DNA from: Candidatus Roizmanbacteria bacterium RIFCSPLOWO2_01_FULL_41_22
Lineage (GTDB): Bacteria; Patescibacteriota; Microgenomatia; UBA1406; GWC2-37-13
Assembly (NCBI GenBank): GCA_001789805.1
Contig: MGAR01000018.1
Coordinates: 35,981-99,980, forward strand
Direction of reading: 5' to 3'
DNA: 64,000 nucleotides
In this document: in pieces, positions 46,401 through 55,933 of the stretch
Position numbering within the stretch: the first letter of the stretch is position 1
Layout of the letters: each line of letters starts with the position of its first letter
The notes under the pieces: model-generated
The model's database searches: none
What the model was told of the DNA's origin: nothing
The model's input: only the letters and a program-made list of their open reading frames with translations
Position numbers and translations under genes: made by a program

Positions 46401-47342
46401 CTATAACTCCTTCGAATTTCCTTGAAATGTCAGTAAATAAGCTAATAGTGCCTTTTGGGCATGGAGACGATTTTCTGCTTGTTGGAAAACCACAGATTGG
46501 GGACCATCAATCACCTCACTGGCGACTTCATTTCCGCGGTAGGCAGGCAAGTCATGCATAAAGATAGCATCCGGTTTTGCCAGTTTCATCAATGATCGTG
46601 TGACTTGATAAGGCTTAAAGATAGACAAACGTTTTTCTTTTTCCTTTTCATCACCCATACTCACCCAAGTATCTGTATAAACAACATCAGCTTGTTTTAC
46701 AGCTTTTTCGACGTCAGAGGTTAGGGCAATCTTTGGTGAATATTTTTTGGCTTTTTTTACTATTTCCTGATTCAACCAGAAACCTTGAGGAGAAGCACAG
46801 GTAAATTGCATACCAAGCATGGCAGCCCCCAGACATAAAGAATGGGCAACATTATTTTCTCCGTCACCAATAAAGACGATTTTTAAATTGGATAATTCCT
46901 TTTTTACCTCAAGAATCGTCAACAGATCAGATAAGGTTTGACAAGGATGCTCCATATCTGATAGCCCATTAATCACCGGGACAGCCGAATATGCCGCTAG
47001 TTCTTCAACCGTTGTGTGTTTGAATACCCGTGCCATAATGATATTGGTCATCCCGGAGGCAACTTTCGCTACATCAGAAATTTTCTCGCGGACACCTAAA
47101 CCGATATCCGAAGGCGCCAAGTAGATAGCATGGCCACCCAGTTGAGTCATCGCCGTTTCAAACGATAACCGGGTGCGTAAACTGGGTTTTTCAAAAATCA
47201 TTGACATGGTTTGATTCTGTAACAGCGGTTTATTGGCATGTTTTGTTTTCAGTTCTTTTTTTGTTTTAAGGGCAATTTTGAAAACAGTTTTTAACTCTGA
47301 AATAGAAAGATCGGTGATGGAAAGAAAATGTTTTGTTTTCAT
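46401..47342 (-). CDS. argF: Ornithine carbamoyltransferase
   Basis: SLRTR, HPCQ and DTWVSMG motifs are present. HDLP replaces the usual HCLP. Confidence 0.8.
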   Translation of the reverse strand: MKTKHFLSITDLSISELKTVFKIALKTKKELKTKHANKPLLQNQTMSMIFEKPSLRTRLSFETAMTQLGGHAIYLAPSDIGLGVREKISDVAKVASGMTNIIMARVFKHTTVEELAAYSAVPVINGLSDMEHPCQTLSDLLTILEVKKELSNLKIVFIGDGENNVAHSLCLGAAMLGMQFTCASPQGFWLNQEIVKKAKKYSPKIALTSDVEKAVKQADVVYTDTWVSMGDEKEKEKRLSIFKPYQVTRSLMKLAKPDAIFMHDLPAYRGNEVASEVIDGPQSVVFQQAENRLHAQKALLAYLLTFQGNSKEL

Positions 47343-47345
47343 AGT

Positions 47346-48596
47346 TTATTTTGATTGTATGTTGTTGGCCAGTTTCATTTGCAGGCTGTAAATCTCGATA
47401 AAACCGGCACTTGCATTAACGTTAAACTTATAACCCTCATTATTGTTAAAGGATGTATGACTTAAGCCGTAAGGTGACTGCATTGCAACGATTTCTACTT
47501 TACCTTTGTGCGGTTTCACAGTTACTTTACCAGTAACTTTTTTATTAACCCAATCGTTAAAAGCATTAATAGCCTGCATCGCCGGATCATACCAGAGAGC
47601 TCCATAACACATATATCCCCATTTAATATCCAGCATGGACTTCAATTCATTGAGGTTGCGAGTAGAGACATATTGTTCTAAGGCTTTATGAGCTTTAATG
47701 ATGACATGAGCCGCCGGTAGTTCATACACTCCGCCGTTTTTTAGTCCAACCAAACGGTCTTCAAACATATGCACGACACCAACACCGTGTTTACCGGCAA
47801 TTTTATTCAAATGGATAATAATCTCCGCTAGTTTCAGTTGTTTATTATTTAAAGCAACTGGAATCCCTTCATGGAAATCGAGTGTTACAAGTTCTTCATC
47901 GTTGGGTGCATTTTTTGCTAACGTATAAGTCGTTAAAAATTTTTCGATCGGTGAAATGACATCCGGCTCTTCGATCTCTCCTCCTTCCCAGGTCATTCCC
48001 CACATGTTATCATCCACACTGTAGGGAAAATCCTTAGTTGTTGGAACCGGTATGCCGTTGTCAGCGGCATATTCTATCTCTTCGTTGCGGTCCATATTCC
48101 ATTCGCGAACCGGAGCAATAATTTTCAGTGATGGATCATGAGTTAAAATGTAGCCTTCAATACGCACCTGATCGTTGCCTTTACCGGTACAGCCATGAGC
48201 AATACAATCGGCTTTTTCAAGTTTTGCTATTTCGACGGCTTTTTTTGCTAAAATCACCCGGCCCATTGGCGTAGAAAGATGGTAGTCTCCTTGGTAACAA
48301 GCGTTAGCTTTAATCCCCTTAGCGAGAATATTTTCAGCAAATTCGTCTTTTGCATCCAGGACAATTGCTTTAAGTGCGCCCAGTTTCAATGCTTTTTGTT
48401 TGATTTTTTCCAAGTCGTCATGTTGTTGTCCGATATCTAACGTCAAAGCGATTATTTCCGCTTGATACTGATTTTTTATCCATTTCAGCATTACACTGGT
48501 ATCTAGTCCACCTGAATAAAGTAAAAGAATTTTTTTGACCTCATTTTTTTTCGCTTCGTAAGAAGCGACTTTTTGATAAGCAGTAGTTTTTTTCAT
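47346..48596 (-). CDS. argG: Argininosuccinate synthase
   Basis: LLYSGGLDTS P-loop and GCTGKGNDQVR. Confidence 0.9.
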   Translation of the reverse strand: MKKTTAYQKVASYEAKKNEVKKILLLYSGGLDTSVMLKWIKNQYQAEIIALTLDIGQQHDDLEKIKQKALKLGALKAIVLDAKDEFAENILAKGIKANACYQGDYHLSTPMGRVILAKKAVEIAKLEKADCIAHGCTGKGNDQVRIEGYILTHDPSLKIIAPVREWNMDRNEEIEYAADNGIPVPTTKDFPYSVDDNMWGMTWEGGEIEEPDVISPIEKFLTTYTLAKNAPNDEELVTLDFHEGIPVALNNKQLKLAEIIIHLNKIAGKHGVGVVHMFEDRLVGLKNGGVYELPAAHVIIKAHKALEQYVSTRNLNELKSMLDIKWGYMCYGALWYDPAMQAINAFNDWVNKKVTGKVTVKPHKGKVEIVAMQSPYGLSHTSFNNNEGYKFNVNASAGFIEIYSLQMKLANNIQSK

Positions 48597-48671
48597 AGTA
48601 TTTATATTTTATAAAAAATTATCACAAAAATATCAAAAATGCAAGTAATAATCATTAAATATATATCATTT

Positions 48672-50192
48672 TTATTCTTTTTGTACGAAATTATTAATAA
48701 TCGTGTTTTTAGCGATGAAAGAGTGTAACAATTGCAGCGCTTTATCTTTCTTATTTTTTTTATCAGTTAGCCACTTGTTGTAATTCAGAAGTTGTTTTTT
48801 TAATAATTTCAGACTGATTTTCATCGCCTCTTTGCCCGGACTGCCAAAAGAGGTAATTAGTTTAATCATCAGTTTGGGCTGTTGAAATTCATTTATTTTT
48901 TTCGCCGTAATTGATACATTGATATTATTCTCAACTAAAGCCTTCTTTAATGCGGCACATGTTACTTGCTGTGAATTTGGAGAATAGGCAATTGCCTTTT
49001 CGACAATACTTTTCGCTTTTCTAAAAGGAAGATGGTAGTTGGCTATCAATTGTTCAAGTAAGATTGTCGTTCCGATAAAACCAACATGACACCATTTCTC
49101 CATGGTTTTTTTATCAAGCTTCATCGTTGCTAATAAACCCTTCATGATTCCTGGCGCTGTTTTACATTCATCAACAATTTGGATAATGGCATATTTTGTC
49201 CATTGGGAATCACGGTTATAACCGATGAAGTTGGCTGTCCCCTGCTGTAATAAACCAGTCATTAAACCGGCGATAAAGGCGGTTTTTCCTTTAATGACTT
49301 CTAAACTGTCCGGATTCTTTTTTTGGGGCATAATAGAGCTGCCGGTTGAATAAAGATCATTTAATTTAATCATTCCAAATTCCGGAGTGGAAAAAACGAT
49401 CAATGTTTGGGAAATAAGAGATAAATGGTTCATGAAATTGAAAATAGCAAAAGCTAAATCTGCTTCTGCTTCCCAACGGTTGGTGATGGTATCTAAAGAG
49501 TTATTCTCCGGTTCGTCAAAAGCAAAAAGCAGCGCCGTATAAAATTGATCTATCGGAAAAGAAGTCCCATACCCTGCGCTATTGCCTAAAGGGTTAAGGT
49601 TGTGAAGTGTATACCAGTGGGTAAATCGTTTTAAGTCCCGATTTAACATGGCGGTAAACGATAAAAGGATATGGCCAAAGGTAGTAACCATGGCATGTTG
49701 ATAATGCGTAAAACCGGGAATGACCGTTGCTTTATATTTACCGGCTAAAGATAATAGCGTTTCGTTTAAATCAATGATTTGTTTAACAAAAAGTAACACC
49801 TGGTCACGTAAAAAGAGCCGCGTGTCGGTGTTACTTTGATCGTTCCGGGAGCGGGCGGTGTGCAACATGCCGACTTTATCCATGCCGTAATGTTCAATTA
49901 ACCATGATTCAATATTGGTATGGACATCTTCTTTTTGCGGATCAAGCAGATAATGCTTATCTTGGATAAGTTGTTCGATTTCCTGTAGGCCCGTGAGAAT
50001 CACAATCATATTTTCCTTGGTGATAATGTTTTGTTTACCAAGCATCAAACAGTGCACCTTGTTTACCCAGATGTCATAGGGTAAAAGGTGATAATCGGCA
50101 GGTACCGCGATCTTGACATCATTGCCTGAGGTAAAATCAATAATGTTTTGTTTTGGTTGAACTATAAAGTTATTTCCCCAAAGTTTATTCAT
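48672..50192 (-). CDS. argH: Argininosuccinate lyase
   Basis: Fumarate-lyase family: TARSRNDQ and GSSIMPQKKNPD signature. Confidence 0.88.
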   Translation of the reverse strand: MNKLWGNNFIVQPKQNIIDFTSGNDVKIAVPADYHLLPYDIWVNKVHCLMLGKQNIITKENMIVILTGLQEIEQLIQDKHYLLDPQKEDVHTNIESWLIEHYGMDKVGMLHTARSRNDQSNTDTRLFLRDQVLLFVKQIIDLNETLLSLAGKYKATVIPGFTHYQHAMVTTFGHILLSFTAMLNRDLKRFTHWYTLHNLNPLGNSAGYGTSFPIDQFYTALLFAFDEPENNSLDTITNRWEAEADLAFAIFNFMNHLSLISQTLIVFSTPEFGMIKLNDLYSTGSSIMPQKKNPDSLEVIKGKTAFIAGLMTGLLQQGTANFIGYNRDSQWTKYAIIQIVDECKTAPGIMKGLLATMKLDKKTMEKWCHVGFIGTTILLEQLIANYHLPFRKAKSIVEKAIAYSPNSQQVTCAALKKALVENNINVSITAKKINEFQQPKLMIKLITSFGSPGKEAMKISLKLLKKQLLNYNKWLTDKKNKKDKALQLLHSFIAKNTIINNFVQKE

Positions 50193-50221
50193 AGTTTTAT
50201 TAAAATTATTTTTAACCCATC

Positions 50222-50250
50222 AAAAAACCCCGCCATTTTGTCTGGCGGGG
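50222..50250 (-). terminator. Intrinsic terminator inside the argH leader (candidate attenuator)
   Basis: Minus strand reads CCCCGCC-AGACAAAAT-GGCGGGG followed by TTTTTT, ending about 30 nt before the argH ATG. Confidence 0.7.
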
Positions 50251-50357
50251 TGAGTAATACGATTGATGCTATTTAGGTCACAGCAATACTACCCTCCCCA
50301 GAGTTTCTCCTAGAAGAAAGACTAGTTGTAGATAGTAACGTGTTCATACTATAAGCT

Positions 50358-50386
50358 ATATTACAGTAAACCTGGTTTTTTGTCAA
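50358..50386 (-). promoter_or_regulatory. Sigma-70-like promoter of the arg operon leader
   Basis: Minus strand reads TTGACA (50386-50381), 17-nt spacer, TAATAT (50363-50358). Confidence 0.55.
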
Positions 50387-50482
50387 GGCTTTCTTGATAT
50401 TTGTAATAAATATGCTAGGATGATTTTCTTCATTCAATACGCCAGACTTGCAATAAGTCCTGTTTTAGCCTAGAATAGCATT

Positions 50483-50614
50483 GTTTACCCACCGTAGTTT
50501 AGTCCCGCCAAAGGCAGGGGGTAAATTTACGGAGGGTTATGCCAAGTCAGACTTGGTTATGCCGTTGAAAGATGAAGTATTTTTTTGCAGTTTCATCTGA
50601 AGGCGGTATGTCTT
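50483..50614 (+). repeat. Structured 5'-proximal element, copy C (with extra hairpin)
   Basis: GTTTACCCACCGTA-[hairpin]-TACGGAGGGTTATGCC-AAGTCAGACTTGGTTATGCC-GTTGAAAGATGAAG...TTTCATCTGAAGGCGGTATG. Confidence 0.7.
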
Positions 50615-51484
50615 ATGAAAACAAAATTCCTCATTTTGGTGGTACTACTTGTGGGATTTATCATCTTTTTGGGAGTGAAGTTTTTGATTCTTGACAAGCA
50701 AAACGCTTACGGAAGACTGAAGATAATTTCATCACCTGCGGCCGGTGTTTTTATCGACAGCGTAGCAATAGGTAAAACTCCTTATGAAGATAAGTACAAG
50801 GTAGGCGAATTTTTAGTAAAACTGATTCCGGTTGGAGAAGCTTCCTCGACTGCGACATGGCAGGGAAAAGTCAAGGTATACCGCAACGCACTTACCTATG
50901 TCAGCCGGGAACTTGGCTCGTCAGATGTGACTTCGGCAGGTGAGATTTTTACCATAGTTAAACTTGACACTCCGCCAAAAAATAAAGACAACGGCGAGGT
51001 GTACGTGGAGACTGAGCCTAAAGGAGCCATTATCTACTTGGATAACGACGAAAAGGGCGTGGGTCATTTAACCATGGAAAACGTGTTAAAAGGTGAGCAT
51101 GAACTGTCGGTTTATCTGCCTGGTTTTTTTAGGAGAACACAAAAGATCAATGTCGAGGCCGGCTATCGGGTGAATGCCAGTTTTAAACTGGCTCTTGATC
51201 AGAGCCAAAAAACTATCGAACAGACCGTTGAGGAGAAAAAGCAACAGGAAGCTTCGCAAGAAGCGGCGATTAAATCTGAGGACGGACAATCCACCATCAC
51301 TATCGGTGAGACGCCTACCGGCTGGCTCAGGGTACGCGACGAGCCCTCTCTTGAGGGCAAAGAGATTGGCAAAGTGAATACCGGTGAAAAGTACAACTTA
51401 CTTGATGAGCAAAGTGGTTGGTATAAAATAAAAATTGCAGATCAGGAAGGCTGGGTGTCGGGGGAATACGCAACGAAAGAATAA
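50615..51484 (+). CDS. PEGA-domain / SH3b-domain membrane-anchored protein
   Basis: From MKTKFLILVV. Two PEGA-like repeats (SSPAAGVFIDSVAIGKTPY; TEPKGAIIYLDNDEKG) and a C-terminal SH3_3 (GWLRVRDEPS...GWYKIK...GWVSGEY). Confidence 0.7.
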   Translation: MKTKFLILVVLLVGFIIFLGVKFLILDKQNAYGRLKIISSPAAGVFIDSVAIGKTPYEDKYKVGEFLVKLIPVGEASSTATWQGKVKVYRNALTYVSRELGSSDVTSAGEIFTIVKLDTPPKNKDNGEVYVETEPKGAIIYLDNDEKGVGHLTMENVLKGEHELSVYLPGFFRRTQKINVEAGYRVNASFKLALDQSQKTIEQTVEEKKQQEASQEAAIKSEDGQSTITIGETPTGWLRVRDEPSLEGKEIGKVNTGEKYNLLDEQSGWYKIKIADQEGWVSGEYATKE

Positions 51485-51621
51485 AACACCACTCAGGAGA
51501 TATTTTGAGATTGTTAGAAATATCTTGAAATTACCTCCCCTTTATTTCCCCTCCAAGACTTGGAGGGGAAAGGGGTGGCTATTTCTACAAATATCTATTT
51601 ATATCTACTTATTTCTAGTGC

Positions 51622-52764
51622 TTACTTCTCTTTCCAGATCATTTTATTATACATGAAGTAGGAGTAGGGAATAATTAAGAAAGCGATAATAAAGACCTTA
51701 TAGATAATCCAACCTTGGATGCTGATGATATTCAACAGATTGTATACTCTATCACCAAATAACGCCAAGGAGACGGCCATTCCTACTGCCTGAATAATTA
51801 TCGATCCGGACGTTACCACATTAAAGAAAATAAATTTTTTGAGATAGGCAAACATCCCGCCGACAATTTTTTTATGCTTAAAGCTCCAGAAATTATTCAT
51901 TAAAAAGTTAAAGATAATGGCAATCTCAGCACTAAAAGTATTGGCTAGCACTTTGGCAATATGGAGAAAATGTATAAAAAGATAGGCAAAAAGAAAATCG
52001 ATGACAAAACCAATAAAGCCAACAATGACATATTTGATAAACGGCGAATGGGTAAACACATAAAAAAACGTTTGCACAATATATTGGAATGAATTGATTT
52101 TGGAGACGCCATTTTTACGGTCAACAAAATGGATCGGCACTTCGCGAATGACAGCCAGGCTTTTGATAGCATTATCAAGAAGCGCTACCTGAAAAACATA
52201 GCCGGAATAATTTTGGATTTGCGGAAGAACTTTTTTGATAATCCAGGTCTTAATGGCGCGATAGCCGTTGGTCCATTCAGTGATATGGGGCTTCATAAAG
52301 CCAAGACGAATAATGAGATTGGCTGATATGGAAAATATCTTTCGGTCAATTCCCCAATCTTTGGGGATCGATCCGCCGCGTCGATAGCGCGATCCGATTA
52401 CAAAATCCGCCCCTTTTTCAATTTCCTGCAAGAAGGCCGGTATTTTTTGCGGATCGTGGGAAAGATCAGCATCCATCTCAAAAAGTACGTATGGCTGGAG
52501 TGTTTCCATGACCGTTTTAAATCCAGTTGTATACGCCTTACCCAAACCCTCTTTTTTGGTGGTGATTAAGTGCAACTTAGGATACTGGGAGATCAGATCT
52601 TTAACAATCTGGCCGGTCTTATCTGGTGAATCACTATCCACGACCGCCACGTGCAACTCCCAGCGCGCATTTATTGTTTGGGCCACCTGAAAAATTCGTT
52701 CAATAAGCGGCTGGATATTAGCCGCTTCGTTGTAGGTTGGTAAAATCACTACCGCCCGTCTCAT
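51622..52764 (-). CDS. GT2 polyprenyl-phosphate glycosyltransferase fused to GtrA-like membrane domain
   Basis: VILPTYNEAANI and DADLSHDP (DPM1/ArnC-like), followed by four C-terminal TM helices of GtrA type. Confidence 0.75.
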   Translation of the reverse strand: MRRAVVILPTYNEAANIQPLIERIFQVAQTINARWELHVAVVDSDSPDKTGQIVKDLISQYPKLHLITTKKEGLGKAYTTGFKTVMETLQPYVLFEMDADLSHDPQKIPAFLQEIEKGADFVIGSRYRRGGSIPKDWGIDRKIFSISANLIIRLGFMKPHITEWTNGYRAIKTWIIKKVLPQIQNYSGYVFQVALLDNAIKSLAVIREVPIHFVDRKNGVSKINSFQYIVQTFFYVFTHSPFIKYVIVGFIGFVIDFLFAYLFIHFLHIAKVLANTFSAEIAIIFNFLMNNFWSFKHKKIVGGMFAYLKKFIFFNVVTSGSIIIQAVGMAVSLALFGDRVYNLLNIISIQGWIIYKVFIIAFLIIPYSYFMYNKMIWKEK

Positions 52765-53702
52765 GGATATCTTTCTTTAAAATAGTTAATTGTCTGTTTT
52801 AAACCGTCTTCAAGACCTATTTTTGGCTCCCAGTCAAGTAAAGTTTTGGCTTTTGTGATATCGGGTTTTCTTTTTTTTGGATCATCGTCCTCAATGGGCT
52901 GAAAAACGATCTCGCTTGATGAGTCAGTCAACTGTTTGATTAGTTTAGCCATCTCCAAGACCGTTCGTTCGTCAGGGTTGCCCAGGTTCACAATCTCGCC
53001 TTTAAGCGAGTCTTTGGCCCCCAGAAGATGTAGACCCTTAACCAGATCAGCGACAAAGCAAAAAGAGCGAGTTTGCTGGCCGTCGCCGTAGACGGTAATA
53101 GGCTTATTAGTCAGGGCTTGGATCACAAAGTTGGAAATGATCCGTCCATCATTTTTTTCCATATTGGGGCCATAGGTATTAAAAATTCGGGCTACACGAA
53201 CATCAATCTGGTACTTGCGAAGATAGGTGGTGACAATCGCTTCGGCAAATCGCTTGGCTTCGTCATAACAGGCGCGTACCCCGACTGAATTGACGTTGCC
53301 CCAGTAGGTCTCTACTTGAGGGTGGACGAGCGGATCGCCATAAACTTCGGAAGTGGAGGCCAGCACTAGTCGGTGACCGTGTCCTGATTTTAACCATTCC
53401 ATCAGTCGATAGCTGCCGACGCTATTGGCCAAGAGAGTTTCCACCGGGTGTTTTTTATACTGTACCGGTGAGGCGGGAGACGCCAGATGATAGACCAGGT
53501 CCATTCTCGGAAGCTTATTTAGGTCAAATGTAGTGATGTCGGCCTCATAAAATTTAAGCGTATGGCCGGTCATGCGGTCAAGATTCTGTTTGCTGCCTGT
53601 AAGCAAGTTGTCGATGATCCATACATTATCGCCTAAGCTAAGATGAAGTTTAGCCAAGTGAGAACCGATAAAACCAGCGCCGCCGGTAATTAAAATATTC
53701 AT
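52761..53702 (-). CDS. UDP-glucuronate decarboxylase (UDP-xylose synthase)-like SDR
   Basis: ITGGAGFIGSHL, ACYDEAKRFAE and RIFNTYGPNM closely follow the UXS pattern. Confidence 0.75.
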   Translation of the reverse strand: MNILITGGAGFIGSHLAKLHLSLGDNVWIIDNLLTGSKQNLDRMTGHTLKFYEADITTFDLNKLPRMDLVYHLASPASPVQYKKHPVETLLANSVGSYRLMEWLKSGHGHRLVLASTSEVYGDPLVHPQVETYWGNVNSVGVRACYDEAKRFAEAIVTTYLRKYQIDVRVARIFNTYGPNMEKNDGRIISNFVIQALTNKPITVYGDGQQTRSFCFVADLVKGLHLLGAKDSLKGEIVNLGNPDERTVLEMAKLIKQLTDSSSEIVFQPIEDDDPKKRKPDITKAKTLLDWEPKIGLEDGLKQTINYFKERYP

Positions 53703-53766
53703 AAATTTAATTTAAGATTTGGAATTTGTTTCGGATTTCGTGCTTAGAATTTCGAATTTATCGTAT

Positions 53767-55065
53767 TTAAAGTATCGCTTGCCGGCCAGTTGAGATATAC
53801 CGAAAACCCAGTTTTTTCATGGCAGAAAGTTCATACAGATTACGACCGTCGATAATTATTGGTTTTTTAAGCAGGCTTTTAACGCGAAAAAGATCAGCCT
53901 GGCGAAACTCGTTCCATTCAGTGACAATACAAAGCGCGTCTGCCCCTTTGACCACTTCGTACTGATTATTAAAAAACGTTATTTTATCAGCCAATAGGCG
54001 TTTGACATTAGCCATTGCCGCCGGGTCGTAGGCGGCAATGGTGTAACCTTTTTGTAGCAGGTCTTGGATGATATAGACTGAAGGAGCATAGCGAATGTCG
54101 TCGGTATTGGGTTTAAAACTCAAGCCCCAAAAAGCCAGGTTTTTTCCGTGAACATGTTTTTCAATCTTATGAATAAAATTATTGCGCACAATCTCATTGA
54201 TATCTTCGACTGTGTCAAGAAGAGCGGTGTTGAGGCCAAGCTGTTGACCGGTATTAATAAGCGCTTTGACGTCTTTGGGAAAGCACGAGCCGCCATAACC
54301 TACACCAGGGTCAAGAAAGCTCGTTCCGATACGATTATCAAAGCCTACAGCCGAAAGTACCATTTCCACATCAGCGCCGGTTTTTTCGCAGTACAAAGAG
54401 ATAAGATTGGCAAATGAAATTTTTGTGGCGAGCATGGAATTGGAAGCATATTTGATCAGTTCTGCCGAGGCCAGATCGGTAATCACCCGTTTCCCCCCAA
54501 GTGGCTTATGGATCTCAAGTAAAAGTTCAATAGCCCTTTTGTTGTCTGAGCCAATTACTATCCGGTCGGGATTAAGGGTGTCGTGGATACCGGTTCCTTC
54601 ACGCAAAAATTCCGGGCAGGAAGCGACTGCCACCTCAGCGGAAGCAGACTTCGTCCCGCTTAGAATTTTTTCTACTTGTTTATTGGCGCCAACCGGCACC
54701 GTACTTTTGCAGGAGACCACGGTAAAACCGGATTTAAGATGTTTGCCGATATTTTCTGCTACGGTAAAGACCGTACTCAGATCAGCCTCGCCGCTTTCTT
54801 TGGGCGGGGTGCCGACGGTGATAAAGACGATGTCAGAGGCGGGAATCGCTTGGTCGTAATCTGCAGTAAAATGCAGTCTTTTGGCCTGAAGATTTTTTTC
54901 CAGAAGCTCCTTGAGGCCAGGCTCGTAGATTAAGGGGTCGCCGCTTTTGAGACGCTCAAGCTTGTCTTTGGTATGGCCGATCACCCAGACATCGTTGCCA
55001 AAGTCGGCAAATATACAGGCGGTCACTAAGCCCACATATCCATGCCCGATAAAGGTGATGGTCAT
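53767..55065 (-). CDS. ugd: UDP-glucose 6-dehydrogenase
   Basis: FIGHGYVGL Rossmann motif and GGSCFPKD catalytic Cys motif. Confidence 0.88.
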   Translation of the reverse strand: MTITFIGHGYVGLVTACIFADFGNDVWVIGHTKDKLERLKSGDPLIYEPGLKELLEKNLQAKRLHFTADYDQAIPASDIVFITVGTPPKESGEADLSTVFTVAENIGKHLKSGFTVVSCKSTVPVGANKQVEKILSGTKSASAEVAVASCPEFLREGTGIHDTLNPDRIVIGSDNKRAIELLLEIHKPLGGKRVITDLASAELIKYASNSMLATKISFANLISLYCEKTGADVEMVLSAVGFDNRIGTSFLDPGVGYGGSCFPKDVKALINTGQQLGLNTALLDTVEDINEIVRNNFIHKIEKHVHGKNLAFWGLSFKPNTDDIRYAPSVYIIQDLLQKGYTIAAYDPAAMANVKRLLADKITFFNNQYEVVKGADALCIVTEWNEFRQADLFRVKSLLKKPIIIDGRNLYELSAMKKLGFRYISTGRQAIL

Positions 55066-55107
55066 AAGAGACAATGATATAAAAATTGAAGGGAAAATAC
55101 AAGTAAA

Positions 55108-55830
55108 TTACCGGCGTTTCAGCACAAGATAATTACTGCCCATATAATCAAGAGTATGTCCTAGTAGACTGGTAATAATTACAGGACAATCACCTTGTGG
55201 CGTTTTTATTCTGGCTTCTATAGAATATCGCCTAACAAATTTTTGATAATCGGCGAAAGATTCTGGCTGAAAGATTTCTTCTTGTCTCCAATTGCCCCGA
55301 AAAGGTAAACAGGCAGTTAGCTCTAAGCCCAATTTTTCTGCTTCACTTGACCACCAAACTAGATCCTCACCAAATATCGGACCAATATGTAAAGCTTGAC
55401 TAGTAACTTCAGCTAGTTGTTCAAAAACGCAAAATCGATCAGGCAGCGGTATTTGATAAGTGGAAAATAAAGCAAGAGTAACACCAAAGTGTCGAGAATT
55501 GAAATGACTAACTAAATTTCTTCCATCGACGGTAATCACATCGGGATTGTGTTTTAATAAGGTTGTATTTTTGTCAACTAACGCTAGTTCCTCGCAGTGG
55601 ACTCCATCTCGAATTAATTCTGGACCGATATTAGAATAGCCGCAGCCAAAGTCTAATACTTTTTGACCAGCAAGCAAGCGTCGATTGAATCGTAATAAAG
55701 TTTCGTAATAAAATAACCCTCTACGAATATTGGGAGTTGTTCCTTCCAAATTTAAACCTGGGGCACTCATTTTATCGTAGTTGACTCTTGTTGGCACGAG
55801 TCGACGCAAAAAAGATTCAGCTGCTGCCAT
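55108..55830 (-). CDS. Class I SAM-dependent methyltransferase
   Basis: Motif I VLDFGCGYSNIG. Substrate unknown. Confidence 0.6.
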   Translation of the reverse strand: MAAAESFLRRLVPTRVNYDKMSAPGLNLEGTTPNIRRGLFYYETLLRFNRRLLAGQKVLDFGCGYSNIGPELIRDGVHCEELALVDKNTTLLKHNPDVITVDGRNLVSHFNSRHFGVTLALFSTYQIPLPDRFCVFEQLAEVTSQALHIGPIFGEDLVWWSSEAEKLGLELTACLPFRGNWRQEEIFQPESFADYQKFVRRYSIEARIKTPQGDCPVIITSLLGHTLDYMGSNYLVLKRR

Positions 55831-55933
55831 AGTTGAAAGATATTTTACTATAGGTTATTACAAATTACAAATGACTTGATGGACAGGTTTATTTAAGCTA
55901 AAATATTCTTTTAAAATTTATTAGTACTTTTAA

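Noticed and set aside
50193-50386. T-box riboswitch as the identity of the arg leader.
   Set aside because: I could not find the T-box 14-mer (GGGTGGTACCGCG-like), an AGAGA box or a specifier-loop arrangement. GGGAGGGTAGTA is only a weak resemblance, so the leader is left unclassified.
51548-51568. Hairpin CCCCTCC-AAGACTT-GGAGGGG between the convergent genes at 51484 and 51622, considered as a bidirectional intrinsic terminator.
   Set aside because: No U-tract follows the stem on either strand (AAAGGGG on plus, AAATAAA on minus), so it is not called as a canonical terminator.
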